Part shown: in pieces, positions 48,941 through 61,416 of the stretch
Layout of the letters: each line of letters begins with the position of its first letter
Numbering within the stretch: position 1 is the first letter of the stretch
Source of the DNA: Octopus sinensis
Taxonomy: Eukaryota
NCBI RefSeq assembly: GCF_006345805.1
Contig: NC_043001.1
Span: 53,630,001-53,694,000, forward strand
Direction: 5' to 3'
DNA length: 64,000 nt
Notes under the pieces: model-generated
Told to the model about the DNA's origin: nothing
The model's database searches: none
Seen by the model: the letters and a program-made list of their open reading frames with translations, nothing else
Position numbers and translations under genes: made by a program

Positions 48941-50210
48941 TCAGGTCATCTCGTAATGTCTGTCCGATTTTAAAATAGAATGAAATTTAATAGTATTTTA
49001 TAATGTCTCATAGAATTAAAAATTATTTCTATGCATCTGTGAACATTTAAACTAATTAAATATTGTTTTACAGAATAATAGAGTTAAAATTTCTTTGATT
49101 AAAACACTTCCTAAAATAGAAGTATACAAAGTGCATTGAAGGCACATACTGATTTATGAGTACAAAAAAGGAAACTCTCCAGCCGAAACTACTTGAAACA
49201 CACACTCAGTTTATGAGAAAGAATGCCTGAATGAAAAATAACTTGCAGAAAATGCTTTTCAAAATTCAGAAGTGAATATTTCAGCCTTGAAGATGAAGAT
49301 CGAACGGGACATCCAGTTGAGTTTTGATGATAAACTCCTGGAGGCATTACTTGAAGAAAATCTTGCATTATCAGTTGAAGAATTGGCAATAAAGTTTAGG
49401 TCAAACCATGCAACTGTTCATTGTCATCTTCAACAGTTTGGAAAGGTTCCTAAATTTGGAAAATGGGTACCTCATGAATTGTCCAAAAGCAACCGCAAAT
49501 CCTGAGTTGACATCGGCTCTTCTCTCCATTCTCACGAATTGGTTTCACCATTTTTGGGTAGACCTGTGACTGGTGACGAAAAATGAATCGTGTATTGAAA
49601 TGTTAGACGTCGTAAACAGTGACTTGGTAAAAGGGAAAAAGCTCAACCACAACCGAGAAGGGAACTACATGGGAAAAAGGATCTTCCCTCTATCTGGTGG
49701 GATTACAAAGGAGTAATTCACTTTGAATTATTACCACCTAATGCAACAATCAATGCTCAAGTATACTGTCAGCAATTAGAGCGTTTGAACCAAGCTTTAA
49801 AGAAAGAAAACCGCTTTTGTGAATCGAAAAGGAGTGATGCTTCATCCGGATAATGCTCGACCCCCACACTGCAAAGATCACATCACATAATATCGAAGAG
49901 CTTTGTTCGGAAGAAATTCCTCATCCATCTTATTCTCCCGGCATTGCTATCCTTTGTTGCGTAGTTTACATAATCATTTGGGTGGACATAACTTTCGCAA
50001 GCTAGGAGGAGGTTGAAACTGACGTTTCAAAGTTCTTCGCTTTCAAACCAAAAGAGTTTTACATTGATGGTATTAAAAGGTCTGTAAATAGATGGAAGGA
50101 AGTCATAGAAAATCAAGGAAAGTACAATGACGATTAAATTTCAATTAAATATAGCATTTGATCACTTGTTTTTTAATCAAATTTCGGACAGAACTTATGA
50201 GATGGCCTGA
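48941..50210 (+). mobile_element. Full-length (1270 bp) but inactivated mariner transposon with both TIRs and TA duplication
   Basis: TA-tcaggtcatctcgtaatgtctgtccga ... tcggacagaacttatgagatggcctga-TA; GKWVPHEL, VTGDEK, IWWDYKGVIHFELL, LHPDNARPH, YSP motifs; stops and frameshifts. Confidence 0.93.
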
Positions 50211-51614
50211 TATTTGATAAGTGTATATGTCATATATTAAATATATATGTAAACATGAATGTGTTTATTTGTTTTTTGTCAACTGAGTAGTTGTTGCAAG
50301 GTTTCGAATACACTTATTTGTATTCATCGTAGTTTGACATAATGCGCGAAAAGTAGAATGAAGAAGCATAATCAGAGATAGCGTCAATGTTTTTCTGCAC
50401 ATTAAACTAGCATCATTGCAATAATTATCTGTGTGAAACTGGGGTATTACATGTGTGTTTGTGCATCGTCTCTTTTTTATGCTATATCACACATTGCGTT
50501 GTGAATATCGTCCATGTGTGACATGTAAAATCTTACACATAGCTGCAGTCGTGAACGTGATGCCTCCTACGGTGCTTTCTGTACAGTTGCAAGTAAGAAT
50601 ATATATTGTTAGTACGACAGATACTAATTGAAACCTGTAAATTTAGTGTTATGCTCCTTATTAATAATCTACTAATGTAGATTTGACGAGTTGGAAGCTG
50701 CAAATCAGTATTTGAAGATTTTCAGGAACATGTGTTCTAGCATCTCTGAAGAGATTTATCTTTATTTTATGAAATGCTGTAGGTAAATGTCAAGAACAAA
50801 ATAAATTTTTGCAGCTTTCTTTGAATAATATATAGACATCTTGACTTTAGAGATAGTTTACTAACGAAAGTTTTGTACTGTTTGGTAAGTATTAATTGAT
50901 TATATTTTTATAGAGGCGGATTGTGAGAATAGTGTCGTAATGTCTCTTACTGTTGCAGGCAGTTACAATGGCGCATTTAACTTTTTTCTTCTTTTACTGG
51001 TTTCCCTTAGAGTGTTGTGTGCAGTTATCTAAATGGTGATTAAGATTTAGAAACATGAGTTATCGTTATGGAAGTTTTGTCCTTTTATAACGTCTGATTG
51101 TTGTGAATTTGTGGGTTTTTAAATAATGAAAATTTTACTAAATTTGTATATCCTTTAATTTCGCAGTATTGATATAAGTGGTTGTAAATCTTTATTCAAA
51201 ATTTCGCATTTTATCCATGACTTGCATCTGATAAGTCGAACTGATAGGTCCATGGTCAAGAGGAATGAAGGATTTATACTTTGGACTTTTATTCATGTCA
51301 TCTTTCTCTACAGAATTTGTCATTTCATGTTCGATGTATTCTAAGCATTGGTATATCCCTCATCATCACGCACAAATTACTTAACTGCGTTTAGTTTTCC
51401 TCCGCTAACTGTCCTTTACTTAGTAAATTGCAATAACGTCGCTAAATCATTTTCAGCTATTGAAATCACATACATCTTATGTCATAACCACATCCACTTA
51501 AAATGAATGTAGGAGAATATTATACAATGATATTTTCATGAATACCAATTAAAATAAACATTTTCCTCATCTATATACATAAAGAGCAATTTCTGTCTAT
51601 TTGTGGTTGTTTGT

Positions 51615-51890
51615 GTATTTGTTACTTTAACAACTCTGAGACTATCCAACCGATCTTGATGAAACTTGACACATGTGGAGTGACTTAGGCCAATGCGGTT
51701 ACTTACGCACTTGAAATTTCAAAAAACAATCGATAATTTTTAATCAGCATCGATTTTTCAAAAATTGATAGGACATTTCGATGCAAAATCTCATTTTCTT
51801 CCATAACCTTTCACGTTTTCAACCGATTTACTTGAAATTGTATACGCAGATGGAATATGAGCTAATGATGGGTTGAGACAAATAATTCTT
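51615..51890 (+). repeat. Dispersed non-autonomous repeat, copy 1
   Basis: Aligns by eye in direct orientation with 52470-52745 (gttactttaac..ctctgagactatcc..tgatgaaacttga..acttacgca..ttcaaccgattt..cttgaaatt). Confidence 0.8.
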
Positions 51891-52469
51891 TTTACACACA
51901 TGCGCAAAAATGACGACGACAAGGGTTCTCTACCAGATTCTGGTCCTTGTTTTGTCAAATAGGTCCTACCCATTAATATAGATTTAAATTTGACGAACAA
52001 TGCCGACATTCGACGAAAAATGTTTCATGAGTATAAACAGACATCTTATTAACGGTAATCTCATTATCATTTGCTAATTCTGCATTTCAATACGAATCGT
52101 TTTCATTTGCTAAAACTTATTATTTCGATTTGTCGATTTAATTCCCCAGTGTTTCAGATTTTAAATAGGTAAGTTTCATTTTATTTCTCAAGCATTTTCC
52201 ATTCAGCATTTTCTATGCAGTATTTCCTGCTTAAACCATAGATATACTGACAATCAAACTACATTTATACAAACTACTACTTATATACAGGGTTTAACTT
52301 ATCAGTATACCCGCTCTTAACTTGCGAATAATTTTGGAGTTCAGATTTGCGTTAAGTTACTACATGAACCTTAATTCTTAAAGAAGAATTAGGGTATTGC
52401 GTCTTTTAAGACAGGGTATATTATCTTCTAATCTACCATTGAATGGATGTGTGTATATGCGTTTGTGAA

Positions 52470-52745
52470 GTTGTTACTTTAACTCCTCTGAGACTATCCT
52501 ACTAATTTTGATGAAACTTGAAACGTGGGCAGGGGTAAGCACATGCGGTCACTTACGCAATTGGAATTTCAAAAAATTGATAATTTTTAATGAACATCAA
52601 TTTTCCAAGTATCAATACGACACTTCAATGCGAATTCTCATATGAATGTTATTTTCTGCCAAAACTTTTAAAGACTTCAACCGATTTTCTTGAAATTTTA
52701 TACACGCATGGAATATGTGCAAAGGATGGGCTGATACAAGTAAAT
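52470..52745 (+). repeat. Dispersed non-autonomous repeat, copy 2
   Basis: See 51615-51890. Confidence 0.8.
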
Positions 52746-54370
52746 GTTTACCTAGGCCACTCAAGCAAAGTGTAAGATGATTTCTGATTCACTGATTAAC
52801 GTAATGTGGACTAAATTGCTGTGAGGTTAAAATGTTCATCAATTATTTCAGCATCCTCAGGGTGCTGTAACAAGTATTTTCTTAACACCTGCACTTAAAA
52901 TTATCGATTCTAAATGTTGCAACGATGCGTGCTAAAACATGTAACATGTATTGTCATAACACCTGCACTTAAAATTGTCGGTTCTAACCGGTGCAATCGA
53001 TATATGATTCTCACGATCAGCAGAACTATACTCACGAAACATAGTCGTGAAATTAGGTGCCTTTTCTCTAAGTAATCTTTTTAATTTTCAAACTGTTATG
53101 TTCTTTCTTTTCACAGCACTCCTTTGCAATTCCCTACTTGATGTTTCCATTGATTGTATATTTCCAGGTTTCCTCTAAACTGACCAAACGATTGTCGTTT
53201 TCAGATTCCACACGTATTTATTTGTATCATTGTTTCGTAAATGAATTTGCTTACGCTTTCTATTATATATCTTATGTCTTGATTGCATTTTTAATCTGAG
53301 AGAAATTGAGCGTTGTAATGGGTACTGAGAATATCCCCGCGCTCGGGTATTACTGGGTACCTCAGCTAGTATATCTAGCATGTTATGAAAGCATTTCACC
53401 TACTGTAAAAATTTTATAAATTGGGATATACGTTCATATTTCATTCTACTTACAGATGTGGTTATATATGTAAATTTTCAGATATTTATGCTAAGATATT
53501 TCATGCTGTCTTTAAAATATTTGCTTTCTGTTGGGAATCTTTTATTTGATATATGTGTTATGTTTGTTCTAAAATGTTTCTGAATGTAAATTTTCAGAAA
53601 CATTGGAAGCAACTGTATAAAATAAACATTCACAAAATATTGAATTACCTTTCCCTTTCTGCCTTTTATATATATTTTGACAGATTTAGTTTAGAGAAAA
53701 GAGAAATTATTCTGTTTTCCCCATAAAAATGGTTATCTTATATTATAGTCCATTGTTTACTGTGTTCTGTTAACCCACAAATACACCTTGTAGAATTCAC
53801 TATCCCCGTACACTTGGGAAATTCATTTCCAAATTCGCATTTTTTAATCTACCATTCAATTTCATTTCCATCCAATTACGATTTTGTTTCAGACCTATGA
53901 CATTCTGCGAGACGACAGACAACATATTGTTTATAGAGTATTTGTAGAATTTTGGATTGCTTTGCTTCTTTCATATTTGTCTTTTATTTTTAAATTATCT
54001 CTGATTCAGTAAATATAGAAAATAGAGAAAATAAATTAAGATTTTTTTTTAATATTTGAAGCAAATTTCCAAGTAGAAATAGAAATACAATATCAATCAA
54101 AATATTTACAACACACAATCAAATCATATTTAGCATGAACAATATTTTAAAAAGAAGGAAGAGGATAATACTTGAAACCGAAATATGTGTGAAAATTAAT
54201 GAAAACATACCGAAAATAAATCTACTATAACGGTGGTAACCATAGCAAACATAATAGAGAAAATGCCAGCAGTAATGAAAATAAAGTAGCAAAATATTAC
54301 ATTTGTGCTGCGTCACGCATATATTTCCAGATAAATTTGAACTTGAAAAGAAGCCGAAAAACCAAACTCA

Positions 54371-54644
<274 letters not shown>

Positions 54645-54648
<4 letters not shown>

Positions 54649-55491
54649 GTGCAGTAAATATGCTATTATCTAAATTACGCAAAACTGAAAATGATACTGG
54701 CATCTTATTTTCACAGATATACTTACCAAAATTACATTTAAAATATTTTGAAATAGGAAAGAGTAAATTTATTCAATAAAATCGCAATTCGCTTCAACTA
54801 CGTTCTCCAGACGACATCGGAATCTCCTGCAAATCTTCTGGAACGGCTTCTATTTCAATTTGGTAAATGCTGGCATAATCCTTCTCTTCAGATCACCTTT
54901 GCTATTAAAAGGAGTTTTGTTAAAATCTCGCTCAACTGCACCCCACACATATCAGTCAAGAGGCTTGCAGTCTGGTGAGTCAAATGGCGAAATGTTAGGG
55001 CTGGTATGGTAGCAGAAATTGTCTGACAGCCATGACTCGGCTCGCCTGCTTGTGTGGCATGGTGCAGCCACCCACTTGATTTATGCCAAAACTACCTCCA
55101 CCAGACATTTGAACTGGGACACCGTTTTGAGCCTGAGGCCGTGTAGGAAGACGAATGGGGGCATAACATCACAATCATTAGTGATCGCTCCACACACCAT
55201 GATGTTGACTGGATGTTTGATTTTTATAGCTCTCGGTACATGTTTTTGGGATATGGTAATCCAACGGTAATCCATCTGTTCGTATTGGAGCTTACAGCGC
55301 GAATGTCAAGCAGTAATGCATGTTATTTCCAAATTTATGGCAGCGTGAATTGCGTCATGGTGCAATTTATCACACATACGGTGCCCAACTGACTCTACTA
55401 TGCTGTGTAGTCGACAAAATCAAAAAGAAATAATGCACATGCGCAAAACAAGAAGTATAAAATGGCAACAATTTACCCATCGCAGACTCTG
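54645..55491 (-). mobile_element. Internally deleted Tc1/mariner-superfamily transposon (maT/DD37D-like)
   Basis: TA-cagagt...actctg-TA ends; minus strand KHPVNIMVCGAIT..VMPPFVF, APCHTS..SWLSDNF, SPDCKPLD*YVWGAVER, RFRCRLENVVEA. Confidence 0.78.
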
Positions 55492-55790
55492 TATGTGTGT
55501 GCCTATATATAGACTTTTATTTGGTACAAAATACATATTGACCCATCAGTCTGAGTGTCTATAGGTACATTGACAAAGATGTCTCACAAGAGATTTTTAG
55601 TGTCGCCTGGCTTGCTGTTATATGTTCCGGATTCTATCACTCTATGAAAGTTTCTAGTTCGAATCACACGTGTCTCGAGATGCGCCGAAGACTTTTCTAT
55701 TTTGGATATATTTGGGGTACTTAAGTCTGCTCGGGACTTGGTGCTTGCTTCTTCCGTGGGTATGAATAAGTATTTCATTTATATCTCGCA

Positions 55791-55856
55791 TATTAGCCGC
55801 TGAAGAGGGGAAAATGTTTTGTGAATTAACCCCGAAATTGGACCAATACGGTAATA
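55791..55856 (+). ncRNA. Type I hammerhead ribozyme
   Basis: Core CUGAAGA (55800-55806) and GAAA (55834-55837); stem II GGGG/CCCC; stem III AUUG(G)/(C)CAAU; AUA cleavage triplet (55846-55848); stem I uauu(a)gccg/cgguaaua. Confidence 0.8.
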
Positions 55857-56473
55857 ATGAATTGTTTCGAGACGCATAAATTTAATGGTTATCGACAATT
55901 TTTTGTTTCGGTATATTTATATACATATACACATATGGATTGTGAAGGTACATGTTTAGATACATGTTCTTTAGGTATGATTTAGATTGTAGTATGTGAA
56001 TGCGTGATTAGCTGCATGCATGCACATGCGTAGTTGTTTCGTAAATCTGTTTATAAAGCGCTCCTTTATTAACAATATTAACAGTGCCTCTTCGGAACAT
56101 AGCCTGCATTTCCAACATTATGTATTATAGGGACTTGCTGCACTCGATAGTTGCTTACCTACAAACGGAACGTACAGCAAAATATTCAGCCGTCGCATTG
56201 ATGCTAACTCATCAAATATAGAGCACCGCATTCATAGAACTTATAATGGTACACAAAGACAGCGAACAGACTGCACGGAAAATAAGAACTCAAACATTGA
56301 CCGTAACTCATATAACAAATCTAGAGACAATGCTAATATCAACCAATTAATGCATCAAAGTGATAATGACTCAAACCATGATGCCAAACAACTGAGAAAA
56401 AACAACTACAATATCTACAATAACCAATCAACTAATCACACCAACAATTCAAACAACAGTAACACACCCAGAA

Positions 56474-56606
56474 ATATTAATAACAATAATGATGATGATG
56501 ATGATGATGATGATGATAATGATGGTGATGATGATGATGATAATAATAATAATAATAATAATACCTATTTATATATATATATATATATTATATATATATA
56601 TATATA
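56474..56606. repeat. (GAT)n-(AAT)n-(AT)n microsatellites
   Basis: Direct reading. Confidence 0.93.
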
Positions 56607-56667
56607 ATTTAAAAAACGTGTACTAAATAAGCAAACGAACATATACTAAATACGCAATGTATATATA

Positions 56668-56720
56668 TTGATAGATAGATAGATAGATAGATAAATAGAC
56701 AGACAGACAGACAGACAGAC

Positions 56721-56757
<37 letters not shown>

Positions 56758-56758
56758 C

Positions 56759-56807
<49 letters not shown>

Positions 56808-56820
56808 CATACAGACAGAC

Positions 56821-56904
<84 letters not shown>

Positions 56905-56912
56905 TAATAGAT
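56668..56912. repeat. (GATA)n/(GACA)n microsatellite
   Basis: Direct reading. Confidence 0.97.
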
Positions 56913-57844
56913 AATGGACGATTGTCACCTAAACTTGCTCATTCATTGACATAAATGCAAAAATAATAAAGTATTACTCTCATAGCAAACGTGCCCATGA
57001 TATAACGAAGAATATTTTTTTAATACGTAGTCTTAAGTAACGTTAGATCTACCTACAATTTCTTTATGATGTGTCTCGAAATACTTGAAAATTTTTACAG
57101 TTTCAGAATTGCCTTCAGCTTTCCATAAATATTAATGATATTGCTTGTTATTGTTTCTTGTAGAAAGGGTAACTATAATCGAGTAGGTGGTTAATGCCTA
57201 TTATTTGATATGTAGTTTTACTAAATAGTTGTTTCCTGTTATTCATAACAGTAGCCAATTGTTACTCATTGAAACGTAAGACTGGCAGAAAAACCTCATA
57301 CGATGTTACACATAGCGAGGGTATATTTCCAAAGTCGAAAATCTTGCTGTTGGTGATTGCGTTGTCCATCCTACCCTAGTATGAAGAGTTTGAATACAAC
57401 AATGAGAATCATACATTTGAGTACGATACATGCACATTATAATGGATTTATTTTACTCCTTCCAATGCTTATTGCTATCTTTTTTTAAATATGACGTATT
57501 AATGAGTGGCCTATATCATTTAAGTTTGGAAGTTCATAAACTGTTTGAATCGTCGTTGCCTCAGAAATCAGTATCACTTATTATATTAAGGTGAAGTCCT
57601 GATTCGTTGAGATCTGCACATGATAATGACACTTCACTCGTGATTTCCACGAATTTCTCACAGCAAAATCAATGTCGATGAACGGATGTAGAATTTTACA
57701 ATAATGATACGCATAATGTAAGATTTAATGTCCCAGAATTGGCTGCAGATACAGGACATGTTATTTATCATCCATTGGCAACATAAGAGGTTTAGATTTA
57801 GATATAATCTCCGGAAAAATTATTGTAGGTTGTTTTTATTGCAG

Positions 57845-57906
57845 GTGATGTAGCCAGAAACCAACTCAGTCGTGATCCTATAATGCAACCATGCCCTTTT
57901 TATAAG
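57845..57906 (+). CDS. Weak candidate internal exon (GDVARNQLSRDPIMQPCPFYK)
   Basis: Acceptor gttgtttttattgcag|, donor AAG|gtgaca (non-optimal), 62 nt open frame; no homology recognised. Confidence 0.25.
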
Positions 57907-58823
57907 GTGACAATTGTGCAAATTTTTCCATCTCAGATTAAATTTGTTACACTATATTCTCCCATCAATAATGAGGATTTTGTTTGTTTTATGCCCTGGT
58001 TGCGCTCTCTATATTTTGATATATATGTGCATATATATTCCAGACATATTTCGGAAAATCTCCACACATCTTCCACCCTAATGTTTCACAATAAAGTATA
58101 TTTTTCTCTATATCTAATCTATTCCTGCAACGTGGAAGTTGACCAGGGCTTCGACGACACGTTGTTCTTTAGGAAAGCATCGACTTTGATGACAGAACTG
58201 AAGTTAATACGTTTGAATGATAAATGCTATCAAAAACACAATTTTTGTATTTTGTATACTTATGCCAGATTAATACATTAATCTTGTACTCAAATGTGTG
58301 GAATGATTAAAGACGTGTTTTGTAGCATTTTTGGCAACATTTTCGCTTAACGCCAATAAAATTTTGGAATGTATTTCATTTCTACAACGAAATATTATGA
58401 AGGAAATCTTCGTTTCGTTTGTTTGACTGTATTGTTACACATTTATATTATAAAATTCAGATATATTAAAACTCTGTAGAGTATTTATTTAATTTGTAAA
58501 ATATAAACGTTGCATAGTCTACCTATTTTCAGCTGGCAATATGAACTATCAAAAAATTCAAAGTAACTACGAAAGAGAAGATGTAAAAGAAATGTGTGTT
58601 TAATAGAAATGTACGCCACAAGGATATTTCATTAATGACTGCGTGTGATTTTGATCTTTAGCGAACGGTCCACCGTTTTGAATGGTATTAATAGTTGCTG
58701 TGACAACAGATTAGATTCTAAGCTGTTGTCACAGCTTAGAACCTAAATAGATTCTACAATATTGCAAGTACCCCCTTGCATGGAGTCTTACGAACTCTAA
58801 TACTCTAATATTAACTTCAGTAG

Positions 58824-58866
58824 TACACACACACACACACGCACACGCACGCACACGCACGCACAC

Positions 58867-58924
<58 letters not shown>

Positions 58925-59055
58925 CATGTTTGTATATATACATGTTTATTTTGAATATATATATATAAATATATATATATATCGAGAGGGAGGTGGAGGG
59001 AGAGAGAGAGAGATACATTTATTATATAGGTAAATGTATATGTATATATATATTC
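58824..59055. repeat. (CA)n-(AT)n-(GA)n microsatellite complex
   Basis: Direct reading. Confidence 0.92.
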
Positions 59056-59479
59056 ATGCACACCTATATACTTTCCCTCAATAAAAAATATTTTTCACGC
59101 CATGTACCGTTCTTGTGTTCTTTTAAACTATGCTATATTAAGAAATATCCTTGTCATGGTTTTGTCATCTCTAGCTGCTTGCATATATCATTTAATAAAT
59201 ATCTTTAGTCTAATATTTTGTTTTTAATATTCATTGTACCGATATTTGAACAAAGCGTTCATGAAATATATCAACTAAAATCACCTGCAATTTTCATATT
59301 GATACGTGTCTCACCTAGCATGTTCAGACAATGGCGTGTGTTAGAAGATAAGCAGTTATAACATGAATTAGATTTACAGGCTGCATTTCGAAAGTTTTGA
59401 GCCCTGTTATAATGAAGCACAAATAATTAATCTCATTCAAAGTAGGATCCTCTGAATTCAATGAAATTGTTATTGTGCT

Positions 59480-59870
59480 CCAGCTACTTTGAGAAGGTCC
59501 TCTGAATGTCCTGGAAAGTGAAGTTTTTCGGGAAACTTGTTACAGGCACCCCCATCGTTTTATTCAGATTGAGGAACAGCCAAAGATCACGGGGTTAAGT
59601 CTGGAGTGTACAGATGGTGTGGGATAGTCGAGTAGTTGGCCACCGGAATGGAATTGTGGATTAGTACGTTGTCGCTGTGCAGGTGCCCTGATAGTTTGCG
59701 ATGAAACCCTTTCCTAAACTACTTTAAAACCTTCACATTGTACCCCCCTTTGAGTTCCTCGCAAGAGGGAACCTGTGGATGTAGATGATACCCTTGCTCT
59801 CAAGGAAAGGGACCATTATGAGCTTCCTAGTGGACTTACTTTGCCTGCGGAAACGTAAAGATGCTCGACT
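59480..59870 (-). mobile_element. Highly decayed mariner transposase fragment
   Basis: Minus strand FRRQSKSTRKLIMVPFLESKGII, LHSDNV..H, HHLYTPDLTP resemble the second-D and YSPDLAP regions. Confidence 0.5.
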
Positions 59871-61169
59871 CAGACAATTTAATCTATAGACAGTCTGGAG
59901 CACTTCATAAGTTTCTGTATCGTTTTGCACAGTTTAACGTAAATTGTTATTGCCTAGAGAGCTTCGAAATTGTCTTCATATCTCGACTGCATTCTTCAAA
60001 CTAGTCTGCTGTAAACAGAATTGTTTAATAGGGTGTGTTCACGGTTATGTTGCAGCCGTCTTCAATCCGGAATAACAAATGTTGGCATGTCAGATTGTTT
60101 GATGTCTAGTAAGGATATAATATAATTACCATAATCTAGGCTAGTTATTACTCTCTCTCTCTCTCTCTTTCTCTCACTCTCTCTCTTTCTCTCTCTCTCC
60201 CTCTCATAGACAAATACCTCAAAACTTTTGAAATGTATCTTGTAGAGTCCTCACACAAGTACACTTATCAAATTAGACAGTTTAGCAATTTGTTATTAAG
60301 AAAAAAATTCGCTACACTTGGATGTTATTTATTTAGCTATAATTACTAAACTAATAATCATACATTTAATGCCTAAGTTCAATAAAGAGATATAAACATT
60401 GATATTTGTATTGTGTCGAACTATTTAAGAGCACTTGAATATGTCTTAGTAGAAGTAGATCATCAGTTACGTACAATGTATGAGTTAAAAACTAATTCCT
60501 TACACACATACTTGAACAAGTGCAATCTGCCATATGAAAGTATTTTCGTTATTGCGTATCGTTATTATATCGATAATTTTTATACACAGTATTTCACTTT
60601 TGTATGAATTAATTTTTTACAGTGATGATACAACATCAATGTTAGTATAATTTCTCAGTCTCATTTGAAAATGAGAAAATTACAGAAAATTTTAATCGGA
60701 ACGCATTTTTAATCATCCCAACATTTTCCATCTCCTTTAAATTAGACATTTAATTTGAAAGTTCCATATAGTGTACTATTCACAAATTCTTTGACTTATT
60801 CTGAGTTGGAAATTAATATACATATTTCATCATACCATTTGACTCCAGTAGTTTAGACAATCGCAATTTCTTTTATTTGTTCTATTCAGCTTCAATACAA
60901 ACAGCCTGCACTAAGCTTTATAAAATACTGTGAAGATGATAAACAACAAACTTCCTTCAATAACGCTCTCCATCAGGCAAACAAATGATCACCCTCATAC
61001 TCTTGATATCGTTATATCACGGGAATGTATGAAAGGGATATTATGTCATGATATTTGATGTAAATCAACATGTGAGGTATTCACGTATAATATTAATTGC
61101 GAAGTAATATTCATCCCCACTTAAATTTAGATATTCTGTTAGAACAAATTATAATAAGTAAGAATAAAT

Positions 61170-61416
61170 GCGCCCTTTTAAAGCCCAGCCAGGCTCATGG
61201 CCCCGATTTCCCGGTTTCCATGGCGTATGTGTTCCCCAGTTGGACGGGACGCCAGTCCATCGCAGCGTTACTCATTTTTACCAGCTGAGTGGACTGGAGC
61301 AACGTAAAATGAAGTGTTTTGCTCAAGAACACAACATGTCGCCCGGTCCAGGAATCGAAAGCACAATCTTACGATCATGATGCTGACACCCTAAACACAA
61401 AGCCACGCGCCTCCAC
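61170..61416 (-). mobile_element. tRNA-derived SINE, family E, near full length
   Basis: Minus strand gtggaggcgcgtggct...tttcgattcctggaccgggcg head, gtgttcttgagcaaaacacttc, gcgatggactggcgtcccgtcca (V-domain-like from memory). Confidence 0.82.

Noticed and set aside
52882-53000. Two copies of taacacctgcacttaaaatt ~75 bp apart
   Set aside because: Only two diverging units; a local duplication with no further structure
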